Assembly (NCBI GenBank): GCA_026988115.1
Contig: JALSLV010000008.1
Coordinates: 2,924-66,923, forward strand
Direction of reading: 5' to 3'
Length of the DNA: 64,000 nucleotides
Source: Lysobacterales bacterium
GTDB taxonomy: Bacteria > Pseudomonadota > Gammaproteobacteria > Xanthomonadales > Marinicellaceae
Below are positions 10,399 to 20,420 of the stretch, one piece after another (the first letter of the stretch is position 1; every line of letters begins with the position of its first letter). The notes under the pieces are model-generated. The model was not told where the DNA came from and made no database searches. It worked only from the letters and a program-made list of their open reading frames with translations. Position numbers and translations under genes: made by a program.

Positions 10399-11271
10399 TT
10401 AACGCAAGTCCCATGCATCAATCCAATTGACTTGGGCTTTTTTGAGTTTGAATTCTTTCATCAAGACCTTTTCCATCTCGGGCATATGGGCAGCGCCATA
10501 AAAGATAGCGAAAGTTTTGTTGCCTTTTTCCATTTCACGGCGCAACACTTTAAGTGCTTTTAAGTTTCGAGCACTGACAATAGTTGAGCCTTTATCGCCT
10601 TCCATCGCATCCATTACCACATCCATGGACATAAATTGTTGGGCTGCCACAATTTTCATTTGTTTTTCTCTGTTATCAGAAAAATAAGCAAACAATAAAT
10701 CCATGTCATTCATGGCATCGGGATTGGTGGCTTGTTGTTGCATTCCAACCAACCACATGCGTAAAAACATCGAGAAAAATGACTCGCCTTTTTCATCCAT
10801 GCTCTTCATGAAATCATCGGGTGAAATATCAGCGTGGACAAAGTTTTTGGGCGAATAATCGACCTCATCCAATTGAAAAGTTAAACCCAACATCTCTTTC
10901 ATGCCTGTTTGAATCATGGATAACAAGCCTTTGCCTTCGCTGGCAGCTTTATCACCCACGCGCGTGCCTTCGGGTGCAACCAATTCATAGAGCACCACAT
11001 CATAAGTTTTGAACAGCTTGTTCAGGTTTTCGTAATAGGATTTATCCGCCACATGAACCGCACTGATTAAATCCACATACATATCGGGCGGTATACCATT
11101 TTCAGGCACATAGCGCACATTGGCTAATTGCAAAGCAACAGGTGTTTTGTTTTCTTTCTTGATACGCAAAAAAGTAGTTTTATCCTTTTCATTAACAGGT
11201 GTTTTGCTTGGTTCTTTAGCTACAGAAAATGAAAAAGTGACTAATAAAATAAGAAGAAAAGATGATTTCAT
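10399..11271 (-). CDS. TraB/GumN family-like periplasmic protein
   Basis: 290 aa with a signal peptide. It has the VHVADKSYY...VVLYELV pattern. The family assignment is from memory only. Confidence 0.5.
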   Translation of the reverse strand: MKSSFLLILLVTFSFSVAKEPSKTPVNEKDKTTFLRIKKENKTPVALQLANVRYVPENGIPPDMYVDLISAVHVADKSYYENLNKLFKTYDVVLYELVAPEGTRVGDKAASEGKGLLSMIQTGMKEMLGLTFQLDEVDYSPKNFVHADISPDDFMKSMDEKGESFFSMFLRMWLVGMQQQATNPDAMNDMDLLFAYFSDNREKQMKIVAAQQFMSMDVVMDAMEGDKGSTIVSARNLKALKVLRREMEKGNKTFAIFYGAAHMPEMEKVLMKEFKLKKAQVNWIDAWDLR

Positions 11272-11367
11272 GCAATGAGTTTTTTTAAATAAGTTTATAT
11301 ACTGAGGTCATAAAGTATTTTATCAAGTGCCGTCCTGCCATTTGGGTTATAATTCCTACTAAAGACT

Positions 11368-12339
11368 ATGAGTATATTCATGAACACAACACCAACACTG
11401 CCTAGCGTTATCAAGGCTTCACGTTTCATCTATCAATACATGCAAGCATCGCCTTTGCTGAGTTATCAATTTTTGAGTGATTTGGTTGGGGCAGATGTGT
11501 GGTTGAAGCATGAAAACCATAACCCAACGTGTGCTTTTAAAGTGCGTGGTGGTATTAATTGCTTATCAAAGATGTCCGATGAACACAAAAATGCGGGCGT
11601 TTATACCGCATCAACGGGCAACCACGGACAATCCATCGCTTTTGCAGCACGGGCTTTTGGAGTTAAGGCAACAATTTATGTTCCCAAAGGAGCTAACCAA
11701 GGCAAAGTGGATGCGATGAAATCCTTGGGTGCAAATGTGGTGTCTTTTGGTGATGATTTTGATGTGGCACGTGATGGGGCTTTGCAAGCCAGTATTGATA
11801 ATGGCGGTGTTTTTGTTGGTCCAACTGATGAGGTTTTGATTGAAGGAGTGGCGTCTTATGCTTTGGAGATTATGCAGGACTTACCTGATGTGGATGTTAT
11901 TATTGTGCCGGTTGGTGCAGGCAGTGGCATTTGTGGAACTTCGATTGTCGCCAAAACCATCAATCCCAAGGTAAAAATCATTGGTGTGCAATCAACCCAA
12001 GCACCTTCACAACAATTGAGCTGGAAAAAACATGAATTAATAGAAGCACAAATGCAAACCATTGCCGAAGGCATGGCAACGCGTGTGCCTTTTTCCAACA
12101 CACAAAAAATTATGCACGATTATGTTGATGATTTTTTATTGGTAGATGATGCCGATATTATTAAAGCCACCAAAACCTTAATCGAAACCACACACAATTT
12201 AATCGAAGAAGCTTCCGCAACAACCTTAGCTGCCGCTTTACAGATAAAAAATCAACTTCAAGGTAAGAAAGTTGTGCTGGTGATGACTGGTGGTAATATT
12301 TCGATGCAGAATTTAGCTAATTTATTTGGCTCTATGTGA
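11368..12339 (+). CDS. PLP-dependent threonine/serine dehydratase family protein
   Basis: 323 aa with the PLP-lysine motif AFKVRGG and the glycine loop VPVGAGSG. Its last codons and stop lie inside a terminal inverted repeat (see the repeat feature at 12328). Confidence 0.8.
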   Translation: MSIFMNTTPTLPSVIKASRFIYQYMQASPLLSYQFLSDLVGADVWLKHENHNPTCAFKVRGGINCLSKMSDEHKNAGVYTASTGNHGQSIAFAARAFGVKATIYVPKGANQGKVDAMKSLGANVVSFGDDFDVARDGALQASIDNGGVFVGPTDEVLIEGVASYALEIMQDLPDVDVIIVPVGAGSGICGTSIVAKTINPKVKIIGVQSTQAPSQQLSWKKHELIEAQMQTIAEGMATRVPFSNTQKIMHDYVDDFLLVDDADIIKATKTLIETTHNLIEEASATTLAAALQIKNQLQGKKVVLVMTGGNISMQNLANLFGSM

Positions 12340-12383
12340 AATACAATGGGTAATCAAATTTCAATTTTCCGCATAAAAAGTAA

Positions 12384-12600
12384 CATGGCTGTGCACTTAA
12401 CTCCTGTTTCATACACTGTAAGTTTATTTTCTTTATATAATACAACAGGTTATAAAATATTAAATAAATAACTGTTATTTTGGGTTGTTGACTTTAGTCA
12501 ACGCTCTTAAAAGGTTGGCTAAAGCCAACAACCCTAATGAGTATAAATTATTTGTTCGGTACATTGAAAGTGTGAAACAGGAAAATAGTGCACAGCCATG
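12384..12600. repeat. nested imperfect inverted repeat (MITE-like, about 217 bp)
   Basis: CATGGCTGTGCACT..CCTGTTTCA at the left end matches TGAAACAGG..AGTGCACAGCCATG at the right end. The centre is occupied by the GACTTTAGTC-type hairpin. Confidence 0.55.
12482..12534. repeat. REP-like long hairpin, GACTTTAGTC family, copy 1
   Basis: GGGTTGTTGACTTTAGTCAAC-gctcttaaaag-GTTGGCTAAAGCCAACAACCC. The stem is about 21 bp with one mismatch and one G-T wobble. Confidence 0.7.
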
Positions 12601-12804
12601 AAAAGTAAATCATATTCTTGAATTGTTCATTATTTAGATAGGCAACACCCATCGAAAAAGAATGAATCATCTAATTGAAAACTCTACAACACAAAACCAA
12701 AAGAACTTGTATTGAATAATAAAAAGAATGACCCTTTAAATTGTTTTTTAAATTTTTATAATACCGTAGGTGAAAATAGAACTAAAATTACCACTCAAGC
12801 TGGC

Positions 12805-12857
12805 GGGGTTCGGACTTTAGTCCGTCTTTTAAACAACGGGACTAAAGTCCCTGCCCC
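12805..12857. repeat. REP-like long hairpin, GACTTTAGTC family, copy 2
   Basis: GGGGTTCGGACTTTAGTCC-gtcttttaaacaac-GGGACTAAAGTCCCTGCCCC. It has the same architecture and a similar loop to copy 1. Confidence 0.7.
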
Positions 12858-13239
12858 TAATGGCTACCTGATGGGCATTGTAAATATGGCAGGTGTTCTA
12901 AGAGCTTGTCCCGTATATTTTCCCCTTAGGGTGAACTACTAATTGAAGTTAAATACTTCATGCTACACTTTCAAGTGTGTTAGTCAAACAACTTGATTCT
13001 CTTCTTGATTCACATGATTGGAACTGAATTAGATGGTGGGTTTTAACCCAAGTGCCATGCCTATTAATGTTTCACTATTCATGGTATAATTATACTTTAC
13101 CCACTACATTTCACATAGAGCCATTTATTTCAAAAATAAAACAGTAAAACACTAACCTATTGTAGGATAAAGTTAGGTAGAGCAAACATTTTTTTCAGAG
13201 TTGTTTTATAATAATGCTTTTAATTTTCAAAGGCAAATC

Positions 13240-13812
13240 ATGAAATCTTTAGCGGTTTATTGTTCCTCCAGTGATGTTATTCATCAAGATTATTTTAACA
13301 GTGCACAACAATTAGGAAAACTGATGGCAGAAAACGCCGTTCAACTAGTTTATGGTGGTGGCATGGTTGGTCTAATGGGCGAGGTGGCTCGGCATGTCAA
13401 AAAACACGGTGGCACAACTTTGGGCGTGATTCCAAAAGCGTTAAACCTTGACAATGTGGTTAATGATATTGATGATGAATTAATCATTACTGATGGCATG
13501 CGTGAACGAAAAGCCATTATGGACGAACGTGCCGATGCCTTTATTGGTTTGGCAGGTGGCTTTGGTACTTTTGAGGAAATGTTTGAAGTGTTAACCTTAA
13601 AACAATTAGGCTACCACAATAAGCCCATTGTATTTTTAAATGTGCGCGGTTATTACAACAAGCTTTTGGAAATGTTCGAACACATTTATGCCGAGGGATT
13701 TGCCAAAGAAGAATACCGTCAAATTTACCATGTGTGTGATACGCCACAAGAAGCTATGGATTACTTACAATCTTATCAGCCACCAAACTTACCTGATAAG
13801 TGGTTTGTCTAA
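13240..13812 (+). CDS. LOG family protein (cytokinin riboside 5'-monophosphate phosphoribohydrolase-like, TIGR00730 type)
   Basis: The ORF starts at TTG 13201, but I prefer the ATG at 13240 (MKSLAVYCSSS). It has the GGGMVGLMG and GLAGGFGTFEE motifs. Confidence 0.8.
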   Translation: MKSLAVYCSSSDVIHQDYFNSAQQLGKLMAENAVQLVYGGGMVGLMGEVARHVKKHGGTTLGVIPKALNLDNVVNDIDDELIITDGMRERKAIMDERADAFIGLAGGFGTFEEMFEVLTLKQLGYHNKPIVFLNVRGYYNKLLEMFEHIYAEGFAKEEYRQIYHVCDTPQEAMDYLQSYQPPNLPDKWFV

Positions 13813-13899
13813 ATATTGGGGATTAAACTTTTTGGCGATTTCTTAGGTAGGTTAAGGGCTTGTGATCGTGTGTGATTTTACTATCGGGATTTAGGTAAT

Positions 13900-13926
13900 A
13901 TGACAGTTGCATGACAATTGTGTCAT
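13900..13926. promoter_or_regulatory. candidate Pho box upstream of the PhoU-like/PiT operon
   Basis: ATGACAGttgcATGACAAttgTGTCAT. On the opposite strand this reads TTGTCAT-gcaa-CTGTCAT, two 7-bp repeats with an 11-bp period as in the CTGTCAT-N4-CTGTCAT Pho box consensus. It lies about 105-130 nt upstream of the 14030 start. Confidence 0.4.
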
Positions 13927-14029
13927 TTGCATCCAAATGTTAACTTTTTATTAAAAATACAGCCTTTGGGTGCTGTGAATGGTTTGTAGTCGGTTAAAAT
14001 AATGTTTTTTAAACGACACAGAATTTCTT

Positions 14030-14704
14030 ATGGTAAATATTATTTCAGAAATGTTGGGGAAATCCCCTGTTCAACCCATTCAGGATCACATTGGTGTTGC
14101 CTACGAATGCACTCAAATGCTTCCTTCTCTGCTTGAGGCGGCCAACTTAAATGATTGGGATAAAGTGGCAAAAGTAAATGAGCGCATTAGAAATCTAGAG
14201 CATGATGCGGACAAGATTAAAATGAAAATTCGTTCAAATTTGCCTAAAAGTTTATTTATGCCTGTGCCGAGGCAAGATTTGCTTGAGTTGGTTTTGGTTC
14301 AAGACAAAATTGCCAATATCACCAAAAGCATTGCAGGCATGATAAACCAAAGAAAAATTCAAATACCAACAGTTATGTACGATGAGTTTATGGTTTTTGT
14401 TAATTTGTGCGTGGATGCCGCCAAATTTGCTAAAAAGTCGGTTAACGAATTGGATGAACTGTATGAAACAGGTTTTCGTGGTGCAGAAGTGAAGTTGGTT
14501 CAAGAACTTATTGACAACCTTGATGAAATTGAAACAAAAACAGATTTGAAACAACACGCGATGCAAAGTGAGTTGTTTAAGATAGAAAAAGAAATGCCGC
14601 CTGTTGATGTGATGTTTTTATACAAACTTATCGATATGGTCGGTGGTATTGCGGACATGGCAGAACGTGTCGGTCGTCGTCTCGAACTGTTACTGGCTAA
14701 ATAA
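14030..14704 (+). CDS. DUF47/TIGR00153 family protein (PhoU-like, PiT-associated)
   Basis: 224 aa, helical, and immediately upstream of a PiT transporter. This pairing is conserved. Confidence 0.75.
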   Translation: MVNIISEMLGKSPVQPIQDHIGVAYECTQMLPSLLEAANLNDWDKVAKVNERIRNLEHDADKIKMKIRSNLPKSLFMPVPRQDLLELVLVQDKIANITKSIAGMINQRKIQIPTVMYDEFMVFVNLCVDAAKFAKKSVNELDELYETGFRGAEVKLVQELIDNLDEIETKTDLKQHAMQSELFKIEKEMPPVDVMFLYKLIDMVGGIADMAERVGRRLELLLAK

Positions 14705-14715
14705 GGAGAAACAAA

Positions 14716-15969
14716 GTGGAATATCAAACAACTTATATTATTTTAGCCGGTGTCTTTGGATTGTTTATGGCTTGGGGCATTGGCGCCAATGATGTGGCAA
14801 ATGCCATGGCAACATCGGTTGGCTCAAAAGCCATTACCATCAAAACAGCCATCATCATTGCGGCTATATTCGAGTTTAGTGGTGCGATTTTGGCAGGTGG
14901 AGAAGTCACAAAAACCATCCGTAAAGGCATTGTTGACCCCGACACCTTTGTCAATTCACCAGAATTATTGATTTTTGGGATGCTTGCCTCTTTATTAGCA
15001 GCTGGCATTTGGTTACTCATTGCTTCAAAAAAAGGTTGGCCTGTTTCAACAACCCACTCAATTGTTGGTGCGGTTGTGGGATTTGCCGCTGTTGGTATTG
15101 GTTTTGATGCTGTGCATTGGGGTAAAGTTGGCACAATCGTGATGAGTTGGGTTGTTTCTCCTTTGACCTCAGGAATCATTGCTTTTTTAATTTTCCAGAG
15201 TGTGCATGTGTTAATTTTACGAACGGATGACCCATTGAAAATGGCTAAAAGGTACGTGCCTTTTTATATCTTTTTAACGGCATTTTTCATGACATTAGTG
15301 ACGATTAAAAAAGGTTTGAAGCATGTTTCAGATATTCATGTGAGTTCAAGTGAAGCCTATATTTATGCGGCAATCATTGGCATCGTTGTTGCTGTTATTG
15401 GAGCGATATTTATCTCCAAGATTCAACCCGACAAAGCCAAAGAAAAAGAATTCCATTTCCATACAGTGGAAAAAGTTTTTGCTGTGTTAATGGTCATTAC
15501 GGCAAGTGGTTTGGCTTTTGCCCATGGATCAAACGATGTTGCCAATGCCGTTGGCCCTTTGGCTGCGGTTGTTTCTACCGCGCAAAGTGGCATTATCGGC
15601 AGTAAAGCAGCATTAAACCCATGGATACTACTTGTTGGTGGTATTGGTATTGTTATTGGGCTTGCCACTTACGGGCGTAAAGTTATCGCTACAGTTGGAA
15701 CGAAAATCACACACTTGACGCCATCGCGTGGGTTTGCAGCAGAACTTGGTGCTTCCATGACGATTGTTATGGCATCATCAACAGGCATGCCTATTTCTAC
15801 TACGCATACATTGGTCGGCGCTGTTTTGGGTGTTGGCTTAGCAAAAGGCATTAGTGCGATTAACTTAAGTGTTGTGCGGGGGATTTTTGCTTCTTGGGTC
15901 ATTACTATTCCAGCAGGCGCTATTCTTTCGATTGTCTTCTTCTTTATCTTAAGAGCTATTTTTGGTTAA
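14716..15969 (+). CDS. pitA: inorganic phosphate transporter, PiT family
   Basis: 417 aa with a GTG start preceded by AAGGAGA. It has duplicated GANDVANA and GSNDVANAVGP motifs and many TM helices. Confidence 0.9.
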   Translation: MEYQTTYIILAGVFGLFMAWGIGANDVANAMATSVGSKAITIKTAIIIAAIFEFSGAILAGGEVTKTIRKGIVDPDTFVNSPELLIFGMLASLLAAGIWLLIASKKGWPVSTTHSIVGAVVGFAAVGIGFDAVHWGKVGTIVMSWVVSPLTSGIIAFLIFQSVHVLILRTDDPLKMAKRYVPFYIFLTAFFMTLVTIKKGLKHVSDIHVSSSEAYIYAAIIGIVVAVIGAIFISKIQPDKAKEKEFHFHTVEKVFAVLMVITASGLAFAHGSNDVANAVGPLAAVVSTAQSGIIGSKAALNPWILLVGGIGIVIGLATYGRKVIATVGTKITHLTPSRGFAAELGASMTIVMASSTGMPISTTHTLVGAVLGVGLAKGISAINLSVVRGIFASWVITIPAGAILSIVFFFILRAIFG

Positions 15970-15986
15970 GTTTTAATCGGCGATAA

Positions 15987-16014
15987 GTTTTGGGCTAAAT
16001 TGTTAGCCCAAAAC
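15987..16014 (+). terminator. stem-loop downstream of pitA (possible terminator, no T-tract)
   Basis: GTTTTGGGCTA-aattgt-TAGCCCAAAAC is a perfect 11-bp stem 18 nt after the stop. No U-run follows it. Confidence 0.35.
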
Positions 16015-16126
16015 CAATCTCCCTCATTTGAGACGCCCGTGCAAAAGCTAAAACTTTGTTTCACTTGCATAATTTTTCTCGCGGGTTAAAATGGTTATCT
16101 ATAAATCGTAAATGGCTACTAAATAA

Positions 16127-17077
16127 ATGATATTTCCTCCTGATGACGTTGAAGAACAGATTGCAAATATTGATCAGGCATGGATATTATTAAACAAAAA
16201 ACTTCCAAATTTTAAAAGTCTTTTTCATGTCTGGAGCCTTTGGCATGAAAACATACTGATTAACTCTTCCTTGCATTCGGTTATTTCTGATGCTCTTGTT
16301 GTATGTTATGCACGAATGGCATTACGCAATGGTTCCCTCAATGAGCACCCTCGGGATTACCACAGTGAAAAACACATAGACGATTTGCTTCTTCGTTTAA
16401 TGGCACTCTCAGAATTGCCTGAAACCGATAAAATACCAGATTATGGTTGGTCTATATTATCACTTTTTATGTGCAGTCATGATTTGCGCCAATCGGAAGA
16501 CAACCGGTCAAACAAAAATATCATAGGAACAAATGAACAGGCCAGTTACCTAGAGATTGAACGCTTAATGACTTTGATGGATAGCAAAGGGCGGTTTCAA
16601 AATGAACATAAAGAATTGCTTAAGTTAATGATTCATGGCAGTACCTTTAGTCAAGGTGAAGACAATAATGGCAACATTTATAACGGTAACTTAGTGGATG
16701 TTTTGCTCAAAAATATTGATTATTTTGAAGAGGGTGATAAGCAGTTAGCTTTTCTTGCGTGTGATATTGACACAGCTAATGTGGCTGCAGAATTAACGGA
16801 TTATGCTGATTCTAGTATCAATGTATATAATGAAATCCAGACTTTTTCCAAAACACCTATCAATGCAAAAGCATTTTTTGGTGTACAACAACAGCAATAT
16901 TTCTTTGTTATGCAACGTTTTAATTCTCATATTGGCGTAGTGGCTTTTTCAGAACAAAAAGATAAAAATGCACCTAAGATTAAATCAATTAGCCGTGTTA
17001 TCATTGATTCAGAGGACAAGCTTGCTAATGAAGAAGTGGTTGAACTTTATCGTCAGCAAATTCGGTTAATGGTATGA
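16127..17077 (+). CDS. hypothetical protein
   Basis: 316-aa ORF overlapping sixA by 4 nt. I see no confident motif; YHSEKHIDDL is only weakly HD-like. Confidence 0.5.
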   Translation: MIFPPDDVEEQIANIDQAWILLNKKLPNFKSLFHVWSLWHENILINSSLHSVISDALVVCYARMALRNGSLNEHPRDYHSEKHIDDLLLRLMALSELPETDKIPDYGWSILSLFMCSHDLRQSEDNRSNKNIIGTNEQASYLEIERLMTLMDSKGRFQNEHKELLKLMIHGSTFSQGEDNNGNIYNGNLVDVLLKNIDYFEEGDKQLAFLACDIDTANVAAELTDYADSSINVYNEIQTFSKTPINAKAFFGVQQQQYFFVMQRFNSHIGVVAFSEQKDKNAPKIKSISRVIIDSEDKLANEEVVELYRQQIRLMV

Positions 17078-17553
17078 GCCAAATAATAACTATTTTTATT
17101 GTTCGTCACGGTCATGCTAAGTTTTCTGGACCTACTGATTTTGAACGACCCCTTAAAGACAAGGGTATTAAATTTGTAAAAAAAACAGCGCAGTTTATTC
17201 AAGCACAATGTCTTGCTCAACAACTCACACCAAAATTGTGTATCAGTTCTGCTGCAACACGAACCCTTGAAACGGCTCAAATCATTGCAAAGGACATGGA
17301 GGGTTTAGCCATTGAGGCGCATCAAGAGCTTTATGCAACATCGGCAAGTGCGTGGTTGACTAAGATTGAAAACTCGTCATGCGACAGCCTTATTCTTGTG
17401 GGGCATAACCCAACCTTTAGTCAAATGGTTAATTATTTTTGCGGACACAATATTCAGATGAAACCCAGTGAATGTGCACTGATAGAACTTGAAATTAAAG
17501 CAGATGGCATTATTTATCCAGCAACTTTAATTGATTACCACCACAATGAATAA
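17074..17553 (+). CDS. sixA: phosphohistidine phosphatase SixA-like (histidine phosphatase superfamily)
   Basis: 159 aa with the N-terminal IFIVRHGHA (RHG) motif and a later LVGHNP. Confidence 0.75.
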   Translation: MSQIITIFIVRHGHAKFSGPTDFERPLKDKGIKFVKKTAQFIQAQCLAQQLTPKLCISSAATRTLETAQIIAKDMEGLAIEAHQELYATSASAWLTKIENSSCDSLILVGHNPTFSQMVNYFCGHNIQMKPSECALIELEIKADGIIYPATLIDYHHNE

Positions 17554-18211
17554 AAATCAAATCCAAAACAGTATTAGAAAATCCTATAACCATGTGCGTT
17601 ATTATTTTATGCGCCTACCCAAAATCACCCGCTATTTGGTAATTGCCTTGATGGGGTTCTTTTTAGTGGGTCAATTTGTTGATTTATCCTTTTTTATCTT
17701 AAAGCGTTTTGGTTTAGGATTTAACCCAATCCAAATGGTCACTTATGCCTTTTACCAATACGACTTTATGCAGTTGTTGTTTAATGTGTTAGCCATTTGG
17801 ATGTTTGGTTACCAAATCGAAGAATACTGGGGGACAAAACGTTTTGCCACCTTTGTTGTTGTCACTATTTTGGGCACCGCCCTGGCTCATATACTATTGG
17901 GTAGCTTATTTGCTGTGGGAATTTCAGGTCTTGTTTTTGCTTTATTGTTGGCATACGGCATGATGTGGCCAGAGCGAGAAATTTACCTGTTGTTACCGCC
18001 TATTCCTGTTAAAGCTAAATACTTAGTGATGATTTACGCAGGCATAATGTTTTTGAGCATTTTATCCACAAGAGGAAATTTTTTGAGTAAAATTGCCTAT
18101 TTGGCAGGCCCTCTTTGCGGTTATTTGTTAATCCAGTATTGGCGCGGTAAACCACCATTTAATAAAAACTCTAAAGTAAAACCAAAAAGCAAACTCTACC
18201 GATATAAATAA
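17546..18211 (+). CDS. rhomboid-family membrane protein lacking the canonical catalytic His
   Basis: The ORF starts at TTG 17531, but I prefer the ATG at 17546. It has rhomboid-like [20 protein letters not shown] and GISG (Ser132 in ORF-track numbering). The expected AHLGG motif reads AYLAG, and there is no His downstream of the Ser. Confidence 0.7.
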   Translation: MNKNQIQNSIRKSYNHVRYYFMRLPKITRYLVIALMGFFLVGQFVDLSFFILKRFGLGFNPIQMVTYAFYQYDFMQLLFNVLAIWMFGYQIEEYWGTKRFATFVVVTILGTALAHILLGSLFAVGISGLVFALLLAYGMMWPEREIYLLLPPIPVKAKYLVMIYAGIMFLSILSTRGNFLSKIAYLAGPLCGYLLIQYWRGKPPFNKNSKVKPKSKLYRYK

Positions 18212-18228
18212 AATTACAGGTAAATCAC

Positions 18229-20175
18229 ATGACACATAAAATCTATCCCGTTGCACAAAATCTTTTATCCACTGCGTTAATCACTAAACAAGATTACGCC
18301 ACTATGTATCAACAATCCATCGAAAACAATGAGGAGTTTTGGCAAAATCAAGCCAATAAACGCTTAGATTGGATTAAATCATTTACCAAAATTAAAGATA
18401 CAAACTGGAGTGATAAAGCCGTAAATATTAAATGGTTTGAGGATGGCGTACTTAATGTGTCGCATAACTGCATTGATAGGCATTTAAAAGACAAAGCCGA
18501 TAAAACAGCTATAATTTGGGAAGGTGACGACCCAAGCCAATCACAAAACATCACTTACCAACAATTACATGATGAAGTCTGTCAGTTTGCCAATACGCTT
18601 AAATCACTGGGTGTACAAAAAGGCGATAGAGTCACTTTATACATGCCAATGATACCAGAGGCAGCCTATGCCATGCTCGCTTGCAGTCGCATTGGAGCGA
18701 TACATTCGGTTGTTTTTGGTGGGTTTTCAGCCGAAGCTCTCGCAGGACGAATGGATGATTGTGATTCGCACTATATTATTACAGCTGATGAAGGCATTCG
18801 AGGGGGCAAGAAAATTCCATTAAAAGCTATGGTCGATAAAGCCATAGAGTTATGTACAGTTGAGGTCAAACATTCTATCGTTATTAAATACACTCAAGCC
18901 GATACGCCGTGGAATGATGCGATTGATGTGGATTATTTTGCACTTAAGCAAGACATGGCAAAGCAGTGCCCTTGTGAGCCAATGAATGCCGAAGACCCTT
19001 TATTTATTCTTTATACTTCAGGGTCAACAGGCAAACCCAAAGGTGTCTTGCACACCACTGCAGGGTATTTATTGTACGCTAGCATTACTCATGAGTATGT
19101 TTTTGATTACCACCCGGGTGATGTTTATTGGTGTACTGCGGATGTGGGTTGGATAACAGGGCACTCTTATGTCGTTTATGGACCGCTTGCCAATGGTGCA
19201 ACCACGCTTATGTTTGAGGGTGTTCCCAATTACCCTGATGCAAGCCGTATTTGGCAAGTGTGTGACAAACACCAAGTCACTATTTGCTATACCGCACCAA
19301 CAGCAATTCGAGCCTTAATGCGTGAAGGCGATGAACCCGTATTAAAAACTTCGCGAAGGTCTTTGCGAATTCTAGGCTCAGTGGGCGAACCGATTAATCC
19401 CGAAGCGTGGGAATGGTATTACCAAGTCGTTGGTGAATCGCGCTGTCCGATAGTGGATACCTGGTGGCAAACCGAGACAGGCGGCATCATGATTACCCCA
19501 CTTCCTGGCGTGACCGATTTAAAACCCGGCGCCGCATCCTCACCTTTCTTTGGTGTACAACTTGCTCTGCTTGATACTGATGGTAATGAACTACAAGGCA
19601 ATAATCAATCCGGTTTTCTAGTCATAAAAGACTCATGGCCAGGACAAGCTCGCAGCTTGTATGGCAATCATGAACGATTTATTGAAACCTATTATTCGCA
19701 ATATTCTGGTTATTACTTTACTGGTGATGGTGCTATGCGAGATGAAGATGGTTATTATTGGATAACTGGACGCGTAGATGACGTTATCAATGTTTCAGGT
19801 CACCGTATGGGAACAGCCGAAGTTGAAAGTGCCTTAGTGGAACACGATTTAGTAGCAGAGGCAGCTGTTGTTGGCTTTCCACACGACATAAAAGGGCAAG
19901 GCATTTACGCCTATGTGACCTTAATTTCAGGAAGTGAACCCAGCGAAGAATTGCGAGTCGAACTCATCCAAAAGGTGCGTGAAATAATCGGAGCCATTGC
20001 CAAACCCGATGCCATCCAGTTTACCCAAGTGCTGCCCAAAACCCGTTCAGGTAAAATTATGCGTAGAATTTTACGCAAAATAGCCACAGGTGATACCGAT
20101 GAATTGGGCGATACATCCACATTGGCAGAACCAGCCGTGGTTGAGTCTTTAATTGCTGGGCGGATAAAGGTTTGA
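18229..20175 (+). CDS. acs: acetyl-CoA synthetase
   Basis: 648 aa with the AMP-binding motifs [19 protein letters not shown] and YFTGDGA, and the C-terminal [11 protein letters not shown]. Confidence 0.95.
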   Translation: MTHKIYPVAQNLLSTALITKQDYATMYQQSIENNEEFWQNQANKRLDWIKSFTKIKDTNWSDKAVNIKWFEDGVLNVSHNCIDRHLKDKADKTAIIWEGDDPSQSQNITYQQLHDEVCQFANTLKSLGVQKGDRVTLYMPMIPEAAYAMLACSRIGAIHSVVFGGFSAEALAGRMDDCDSHYIITADEGIRGGKKIPLKAMVDKAIELCTVEVKHSIVIKYTQADTPWNDAIDVDYFALKQDMAKQCPCEPMNAEDPLFILYTSGSTGKPKGVLHTTAGYLLYASITHEYVFDYHPGDVYWCTADVGWITGHSYVVYGPLANGATTLMFEGVPNYPDASRIWQVCDKHQVTICYTAPTAIRALMREGDEPVLKTSRRSLRILGSVGEPINPEAWEWYYQVVGESRCPIVDTWWQTETGGIMITPLPGVTDLKPGAASSPFFGVQLALLDTDGNELQGNNQSGFLVIKDSWPGQARSLYGNHERFIETYYSQYSGYYFTGDGAMRDEDGYYWITGRVDDVINVSGHRMGTAEVESALVEHDLVAEAAVVGFPHDIKGQGIYAYVTLISGSEPSEELRVELIQKVREIIGAIAKPDAIQFTQVLPKTRSGKIMRRILRKIATGDTDELGDTSTLAEPAVVESLIAGRIKV

Positions 20176-20420
20176 TAAGGTTCATGGTTTTCACCGACAC
20201 TTTTTTATAAATGTTGAATTTAGAGTGGGATAAATCCCACTTACCTGTACTAATTAACAAAAACAATCGAGCTTTTGCACTCTCGGTTTGTCACCAATGG
20301 CGTTGTGAGATTTAGTTAAAATAATCAAAACTTCTTCAAGAAACCACTAACATCTTGCAAAATTACCGTTTTGAGCTATATTAGTCAGTGCTAATTTATA
20401 AACACAATCGCAGGGTAATT

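Larger units (their letters stand above)
12328..13122. repeat. approximately 800-bp non-coding element bounded by terminal inverted repeats (MITE-like or degenerate mobile element)
   Basis: GGCTCTATGTGAAAT at 12328-12342 matches its reverse complement ATTTCACATAGAGCC at 13108-13122. The flanking bases are also similar. The interior has only a 76-aa ORF that overlaps hairpin repeats. Confidence 0.55.

Noticed and set aside
12712-12942. 76-aa ORF in the long intergenic region
   Set aside because: It is largely a translation of the GACTTTAGTC hairpin repeat (..TQAGGVRTLVRLLNNGTKVPAPNG..). It has no SD and lies inside the TIR-bounded non-coding element.
14733-15179. Long antisense ORFs inside well-supported genes. 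This 148-aa ORF lies opposite pitA. Others are 4694..5155 opposite modC, 21173..21499 opposite soxB and 47894..48262 opposite the GHKL gene.
   Set aside because: They are shadow ORFs on the opposite strand of genes with strong motif support. They have no independent motif or RBS evidence.
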